A DNA stretch of 64,000 nt from Chrysomallon squamiferum. Taxonomy: Eukaryota; Animalia; Mollusca. The position numbers and the translations under genes were made by a program. The stretch spans positions 8,804,001-8,868,000 of the forward strand of contig CM022669.1 in assembly GCA_012295275.1 (NCBI GenBank), written 5' to 3'. Below the pieces are notes generated by a model. The model saw only the letters and a list, made by a program, of their open reading frames with translations. It ran no database searches and had not been told where the DNA came from. Positions 38,309-64,000 of this stretch are shown here, one piece after another (the first letter of the stretch is position 1; each line of letters starts with the position of its first letter).

Positions 38309-40658
38309 GTATGTGACTGTTAAATGTTTAATAACGTTTCTGTACATGAGACTATATCGAGGATAGTCACAGTTTTTTAATATGGAGTAAAATAAAATAA
38401 AATAAAATAAAATAAAATAAAATAAAAGTAAAAAATGCAGTTTACTGATGTTTAAATGTTTTTCTACATTCAGTGTTGTTCTTTCACTGTTTTACCGTAG
38501 CAACCGTTACCTTAGAAACCTGAATTACTCCGGACTTATGACGTCATGTTCTGACCAATCCTGCAGGTGAAGGACCTTAAAAGAACTTCGTTAATTGGAG
38601 TTAACAGATCCTGCGTCATAGAGAGGAGTCAGTGTACTGTCTACGTCATGCTCGTAGGAGTAACCCCAGTAGTCATATCTTTTGTCTGACAGATTTTTTT
38701 CTGTATAAGACATTTTTTTTAATTTTTGTGAAACCGTTCATTATTTACCTTAGCAATTTTGTTAAAATTCACCTATATTTTTACTTCTGTTCAAGCACGC
38801 ATTCCTAGTTCACATTAGTGAATGAAATTTCGTGTTTGTTATTTCAGTTGGTCAGACTGCCTGTCAGCATCGCTGCTGTTGACGTTGTTTTGTCTAATTA
38901 AAAATTAGTTACGAATTCATTTAAATCGATATCTAAACTAAGAGTTTAAAATGTAGAATTTTAATTTTATTTCATTAGACATATGTTAAACTAGTAGCCA
39001 AGAGAGGTAACTCATTGATAAATAAAAAAATTAATTACAAAAAAATAATTATAATAAAATAAAATAAAAAAATAAAAATACATGTTCTGTGGGCGGCGAA
39101 CAAAACGGGTATAGATTTGGCGTTTAGTCTATTCGTCAACGCCCTTCACTTTTTTTCCTACTGTCAATCAAACAACAAAACGGACCAATCAGCGAGGACA
39201 CTGCTGGTTTTCACTTCGTCACGGTTGACGAGCCGAATAGAAACACAAGCCGCGGGTTGTTACACGGCGACAATGTTTGAAGTGTTATTTTGGCAGGTGA
39301 GAAATGCAAAACCACCTGAACACCACTTGGTCACGGTCAAATGGTCATGAGTCAACAATCTGGTCTGTGTGAGAAAATCTTCAAAAGAAACTGTACGCCC
39401 CCAAGCTTGCTGTGGTTAGGCGAGTATTTCTCGTATAAACCTTTTTCCGCGCGGCTTTTTAACCCGCGACCCGCTTTTTAAAAACGTGTATGTTTCAGGT
39501 TACCTGTTATTATCACCTGCCATTTCAAACGAGGTAGATATAGGGATTAAGAGAGGAAAAAAAGAAAAAAGAAAAAGAAAAAAAAAAAAAAAAAAACATT
39601 CTAGAAGTACTTGGTAGTCACTGAAGCGATACATTCCAAATAATCAAGATGTCAGAATTTAACTGTGAGTGATCGTAGATGAAAACAATAATTTCTACTG
39701 TTGAAAATTCTTTATACATTTATCATAATTCTAAACTTAGTGCAGACACTGTACAGAAAGACGGGATGAAGGTACTGATGGACGAATGAGTTACGAATAT
39801 ATATATATTTTTAATGAAAACATTACAACTTATTATTAAAACCAAATCAAATTTTGTCTTAGTAAAAATTGAAATCAAATTTACCAGTTTGACTGGCAGT
39901 TATAAATTAGTTCGTCTGTGCTGAGCAGTGAATTTTGTAGTTTAGTAAATAGACAAGAGTAAGTATTATTTTTCATTTGTCCTTACCAGCTGATGTGAAA
40001 ACATTTTATGACCGTTGCTACAAAATCTATGATTTCATCTGCTCTCCTTTGAAATTCATTATTAATATTTAATGAAGATCGCCCGCCACTCGATTAGCTT
40101 GCTGGCTGGTTCATTTTTTTTTTTTTTGGGGGGGGGAATACTTTTCATCGGGAAAGTCAACTAGGTACACCCATTGTAGGCATTCTCCGGAGATAAAGAC
40201 TGTATGACGTCACAGAGAGCGCAAAAGAACGTCTGCTTCGTACTGTTTGTGACAGCAGAAAGATTGGGAAATGGATATCTCTTTAACAACCGTGTTGTGA
40301 CAAATTTTCCACGTCTGCTCATAAATAGTGACACAGTTCATCGAGTCGTCTGTTGATAACAGCGCGCGATATTTCCCGCGCCACCGTCTCCTGCGACGGA
40401 GGAACAAAAGCCAGTGTCAAGGGCGGTAATTACACGTTATGCAGCTCTGCCTGTCAGCGTAATGATAGTGACCGACCAGTTTTTCCTATTACACGTTAAG
40501 CCGGGTATGAAGGTAGGGGTGGGGGGATGGGGGGGAAGGCGGTCCCCCGTGTCTCGCATAACACACTTTAACAAACAAAAGTCTCAAACGCCGCTACTAG
40601 AAAATTACCCTGTATTAAGAGTTCATTAAAAACCTCTTGTCATAATGTATCAGTGACG

Positions 40659-40732
40659 TTATTATATTATATTATATTATATTATATTATATTATATTAT
40701 ATTATATTATATTATATTATATTATATTATAT

Positions 40733-40822
<90 letters not shown>

Positions 40823-40837
40823 TACTATTACTATTAC

Positions 40838-40901
<64 letters not shown>

Positions 40902-40905
40902 GTTA
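40659..40905. repeat. Compound (TATTA)n-(TAA)n-(TTA)n microsatellite
   Basis: Directly visible; the TAA/TTA junction at 40773/40774 forms a palindrome. Confidence 0.92.
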
Positions 40906-41687
40906 TTTGGTCTTGTTGTTGTTGTTGGCAAGGTGGTGGTGGTATTGGTGTGTTGCTGCTGCTGCTGCTGCAGTTATTGTAAAATGTTCTAGATTCAGTA
41001 ATTATTCCTTACTTTGGCGAAAGCAGCGTTAAATTACAGAATGCGAAACAAGCGAGGAGACAGATCAGAGACAAATCATTGACAGCAGTTGTATTTTCTT
41101 CATCTTGGTAAACATTTTCCTCTTTTTCGAAAATACATTTATTCGGAAGTTTACGTAATCATTCGTTTGTTTTTAAAAATATATATATATATTTGAATAC
41201 CTATGTTAATGTTCCTCTATCTCTCTCTGTGTGTGTGTGTTATATACACAAACACAGATAGTTATTTGTATTTATGTATTTGTGAATCTTTGTATGTGTC
41301 TGCATGCGTGTACGTGTTAGTCTGCATAAAGGTAAACAGCTATATGCGAGATGAACAAACAAGCGTGTATGCGGTACAAATTGTTTTTCTGCATGACGGC
41401 CACCATTAGTGCAGGTTTCAATCGGAGACCACCTGAAAATACCTATTTATTACCTGTCTATTCGACGTCACCAGGGTGAAACCCTTGGGTGTCATCTAAA
41501 CCATTAGTGTATGTTTGAACTCGGCAACCCGAAATAAATCGACTGACACAAACTCCGAGTTGACGAGATATATAAAATAACAAGACGTACGTTTTTTTTT
41601 CTTTTTTTGTTGTTTTCATACGCCTATAAAAGAAAATCCGTCCCTTTGTGTGACAGGCAATTACACCGTATTTGATTTACCACATAC

Positions 41688-41719
<32 letters not shown>

Positions 41720-41994
41720 GGGAGGGGGACGGGATAGATCGGGTACACATTTCCACGGAGCTAAGTCTCGTTTTGCTCGCACCGTGACGTATTTTCATTG
41801 TTGTTAATTCTCGTCATCGCGAGACGAGGCGAGACTTTCACGTCATCATTAATTATTAACGCTAACATTACAAAAATATATTGTTTGTTTATCAGTATTA
41901 TCTTACAGTAAATATATATATATATATATATACCGTGCGGTTAACTTGTAACGGCTAAAATTAATAGTCTATGACAAATATACAAACAGAAAAT

Positions 41995-41999
<5 letters not shown>

Positions 42000-42091
<92 letters not shown>

Positions 42092-42172
42092 GTGGAGACA
42101 GACAGAGAGAGAGAGAGGGAGGAGGAGAGACGGGGGAGAGAGAGGGGAGAGAGAGAGAGAGAGAGAGAGACG

Positions 42173-42242
<70 letters not shown>

Positions 42243-42264
42243 GGGAGAGAGGGAGAGAGACGGG

Positions 42265-42345
<81 letters not shown>
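42000..42345. repeat. (GA)n purine tract
   Basis: Directly visible, with interrupted middle. Confidence 0.95.
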
Positions 42346-42348
<3 letters not shown>

Positions 42349-42654
42349 TTTACAATACCAAATTTTCGACAGTTTTCAGTGATGACTGCGGCCTGCACAA
42401 TAAACATTATGATGTCATAAGTGGACTGGTGAGAAAGATGATAAAAAAAAATAGTAAAAAAACAAAACAAACAACAAATAAACAAATAACACTTAGAAGA
42501 ACGCAAAGCTTAGTATATTCATAGACAACAGCATAGTTTAGGGAAACGGTTAGACGAAATTTAATTTTAACTGCGATTTTAAAATCAAAGAAAGAAAGTT
42601 AGATGAACACATCATACGGTATTACTACACGTTCTCTGAAATCACTAATTTAAA

Positions 42655-42822
42655 GACAGGCACGTGTTTGACGCCGTTCTGAAATCATTGGACACGTGAC
42701 TTTGCTAATTTAACTACAGACACGTGTGCGTCGCCATCTTGAAATCATACGTCACGTGACTTAACTACTTTAACAAAAGACACGTGCGCGTCGCCATCTT
42801 GAAATCATACTGCACGTGTCGC
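42655..42822. promoter_or_regulatory. Three 60-bp units with six CACGTG E-boxes and two YY1-like motifs
   Basis: CACGTG at 42661, 42693, 42721, 42753, 42781, 42813; CGCCATCTT at 42732 and 42792; about 2.7 kb upstream of the groucho ATG. Confidence 0.55.
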
Positions 42823-43191
42823 TTATTGTTCGAACAGTTGCCCGGCTTCGTTCGTCCACGTTTTATTAATTATTTCCGTCATTTTCCGTGATGGGTATTT
42901 TTTTTTTGCCGAAGTGCCGACGACGTGACACTAGGCCTTGGCGCACCACCTCCCGGCCACTCGCTCACTGTTACACTCGATGCAGCAGTGTGCGCACGCG
43001 CCGTCTTTTATAATACCGCAGTGAATTTTGAATTTATGCTGGTTGGCCGACAGCTTTCTGTGTCAGCATTTTAATTCAAGAGCTGAAACCTTTTTCTGCG
43101 GGGCATGGTCGCACGTGCACCACAGAGATAAACCAGAAATAACAAACATGACCAGACTGCATTGACAGTACAATAATAATAATAATAAATA

Positions 43192-43223
<32 letters not shown>

Positions 43224-43231
43224 TGATAATG

Positions 43232-43262
<31 letters not shown>

Positions 43263-43412
43263 ATAAATAATAATAATAATAATAATAATAACGACGACGA
43301 TGAAGATAGTAATAATAATAATGATGATGATGATAATAAAAAGAGCACCAAGAATATCAAAAGGACAAAACAGAAGATAATGGACAAAATGAAGAAATAG
43401 AACAAAAGGAGC

Positions 43413-43466
<54 letters not shown>

Positions 43467-44027
43467 TAAATAAAAAAAAAATAAAAAAATAATAAAATAA
43501 AAAATAAATGCAATCAATGTTATAAATTACAAATAAAATTGTTTCTGAAAGCTAATAAGTTACGAATTATTTTAGTGAAACTAATTACTTATATATCAGT
43601 TTAAAAAACGAAATATATATATATATATATATAAAGAAAAGAAAAAGAAGAAGAAAGAAAGAAAGAAAACAAATTTTAAAACCGACAACATTAAAGTAAA
43701 ATAGCTGATTGGTCTGTTGGTTATGTAACAAAAACAAAAAGAAAGAAAAGTTGAATTAAACGACACTGCATACATTTTTATCTCTTGTTATATGGATCTA
43801 TAAAAAAATAAAAAAAACCCCACACAACTCAGTCTAAAACCGAACTGTAATGAGCCGCTGTTTTATAATTAGCAGCTGCGTAGCATTTATATTGTCATCT
43901 TTAATAAGCAAAAACCCACAACCTCCTTCAAACCCATAAAATGACCAGAACAACGCCCAGCCCGCCCAAAAAATAATAAAAATAAAAATAAAAATAAAAT
44001 TAAAATTAAAATTAAAATTAAAATTAA

Positions 44028-44058
<31 letters not shown>

Positions 44059-44799
44059 TAAAAATAAAAATAAAAATAAAAATAAAATAAAATTAAATAA
44101 ACAAAAAGACGTTGATAACTGTATTTTGGGGAAGAGAGAGGCAGCATGAAGATCGTTATAATAAAAGACTGGCGGTTGTGTGGAGTTTTAAAAACATTGT
44201 GTATGTTTATGTGATAATTTATATATTTGACTTTATCTTGTTTTATCATCATCATCATCATCATCATTATTATTATTAATATTATTTGAAAGAAAACTCA
44301 TTTAATATCGACAGACATTTCATAATCCTCGTTTCAGCAATATTTTGCTGAAAGATTTTATACAAACCTGTCAATCTTATGCTTAAGCCACGTCTTCCAT
44401 GTCAAACCCACGTGGGTTGAATTGACAGCTTGTAGATCACAGATTATTGAACAACTGGAATTCATTTCGCTGAAGGCCTCTTGCCGTCGCTGTATTGAGT
44501 CAGTCGATAATTTCAGACGAGACGCACCCTGTGTGTGATAGATTACTTCAGTGTTATTTACTTTTAGCCAAAATTTTATTTTATATTTTATATTATGTTT
44601 CGTTTCTGCAGTGTAGTGTCAGTTCTAGCGGGGAATAAGCCACGCCTCCTTTAATTATTGACATATGTATGCAGATTTATGAAAATATTATTTCTATGCT
44701 ACTTTTCCTCCCCAAAAAATGAATAAACGTATACACAAGAACGTTTTTCTTTCTGCATGTAGTTCGAAAACTGATAAAATTCAAACAAATAAACTGTTT

Positions 44800-45452
44800 A
44801 AACAGCACTTCCCTCTGATTGGTTGTCGCGTTCTGTCAAATGAAATAATTACTCCACGTGCTCTCATTAAATATGCACACAGGCATAACAGCAATCCACG
44901 ACGTGCGATTCTATTGGTTGAGTAGCGGCTTAAGACTGTTCATAAGTAATGAACCCACGTGGGTTGAAGTGCTTGCATTTGCTGGCTAATCTGGCCAATC
45001 AGCGTGCAGCTGACAGGGCCGGTGTCCTTTCTGCAGTCATTGTTAGCAGAAGTACGGAGTTGTTGGCTTCGGTTACCTCGGTACGTGTGTGGCACAGAGA
45101 AGACGGCGTTTTTTGGTGGCCGCGTTCCCAAGCGTTTGCTGTTATTGTTCGCCAGTGGATACACTTTCTTTCCATATTGCGCACAACTATTGCCAGTTTT
45201 CGCTGTACAGTGGAGTAATATAATGTCTGGAGATGGAGTACACATCGAGTTGGCGCGCTCCACTCGATCAGGCCTCATGTTCTGAAATTCTGCAGTCATT
45301 CTTGAACGTGTCATCATCGCGTCGATAGATTTAAAAAAAAGGCGAAATTTCGGTGTTTTTCTTTCCTCAGTGGATGTACTTTCTGCCTGTTATACATTCA
45401 CCATCTTCTCGGACTGTTGATGAAGTAGTTGGCGACGTCGAACGCACGCATC
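44800..45452 (+). promoter_or_regulatory. Probable groucho/TLE proximal promoter and 5' leader
   Basis: CpG-rich; CCAAT/ATTGG boxes near 44818, 44913, 44995; E-boxes near 44855 and 44956; several upstream ATGs before 45453. TSS not determinable. Confidence 0.55.
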
Positions 45453-63774
<18,322 letters not shown>

Positions 63775-64000
63775 GTACGTGCATTAGAGTTTAGTTCAAA
63801 TCTCGACACTAACCAATCATTGTACCTTTTGAGTTACGAGTTAATTTTATTTCATCCTTTTGGCCATTTTTGAATTAACACACGTGCCAGAAAATGAGAC
63901 ACTCTGTATTGTGTGTGTTTGGGCTAAGAGTACAGCAAGCTGATAAAAAAAGAATCTTCAGCAGTGATTGATCTGTGATGGGTGATACGAAATTTTACCA

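Noticed and set aside
44940-45317. ORFs of 89-125 aa on both strands upstream of groucho
   Set aside because: GC-rich promoter/leader sequence; no homology recognised.

Overview
AT-rich, microsatellite-dense eukaryotic (animal, probably lophotrochozoan/mollusc-like; inference) genomic DNA with GT-AG introns. Three + strand genes were reconstructed by hand from splice sites and reading-frame continuity. (1) A two-exon cholesterol 25-hydroxylase-like / sterol desaturase gene (907-4011) whose first exon is frame-disrupted. (2) A complete 26-exon SMG5 nonsense-mediated-decay gene (6539-31848, about 1080 codons, one garbled exon, one outsized 10.8 kb intron). (3) The 5' part (12 exons, Q/GP/CcN/SP regions) of a groucho/TLE co-repressor gene (45453 to beyond the window end). 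Almost all ORFs in the supplied track are repeat artefacts. The most unusual signal is a recurring class of intronic minisatellites whose repeat unit is a copy of the adjacent real splice site: donor arrays after SMG5 exons 21 and 22, acceptor arrays before SMG5 exon 11 and groucho exon 4. These create ladders of decoy splice sites with in-frame or premature-stop outcomes. Upstream of groucho lie a periodic E-box/YY1 array, a duplicated 14-bp palindrome and a uORF-rich leader. No prokaryotic features, CRISPR, rRNA or tRNA were found. All coordinates and family assignments are by eye and from memory of the families, not from database searches.
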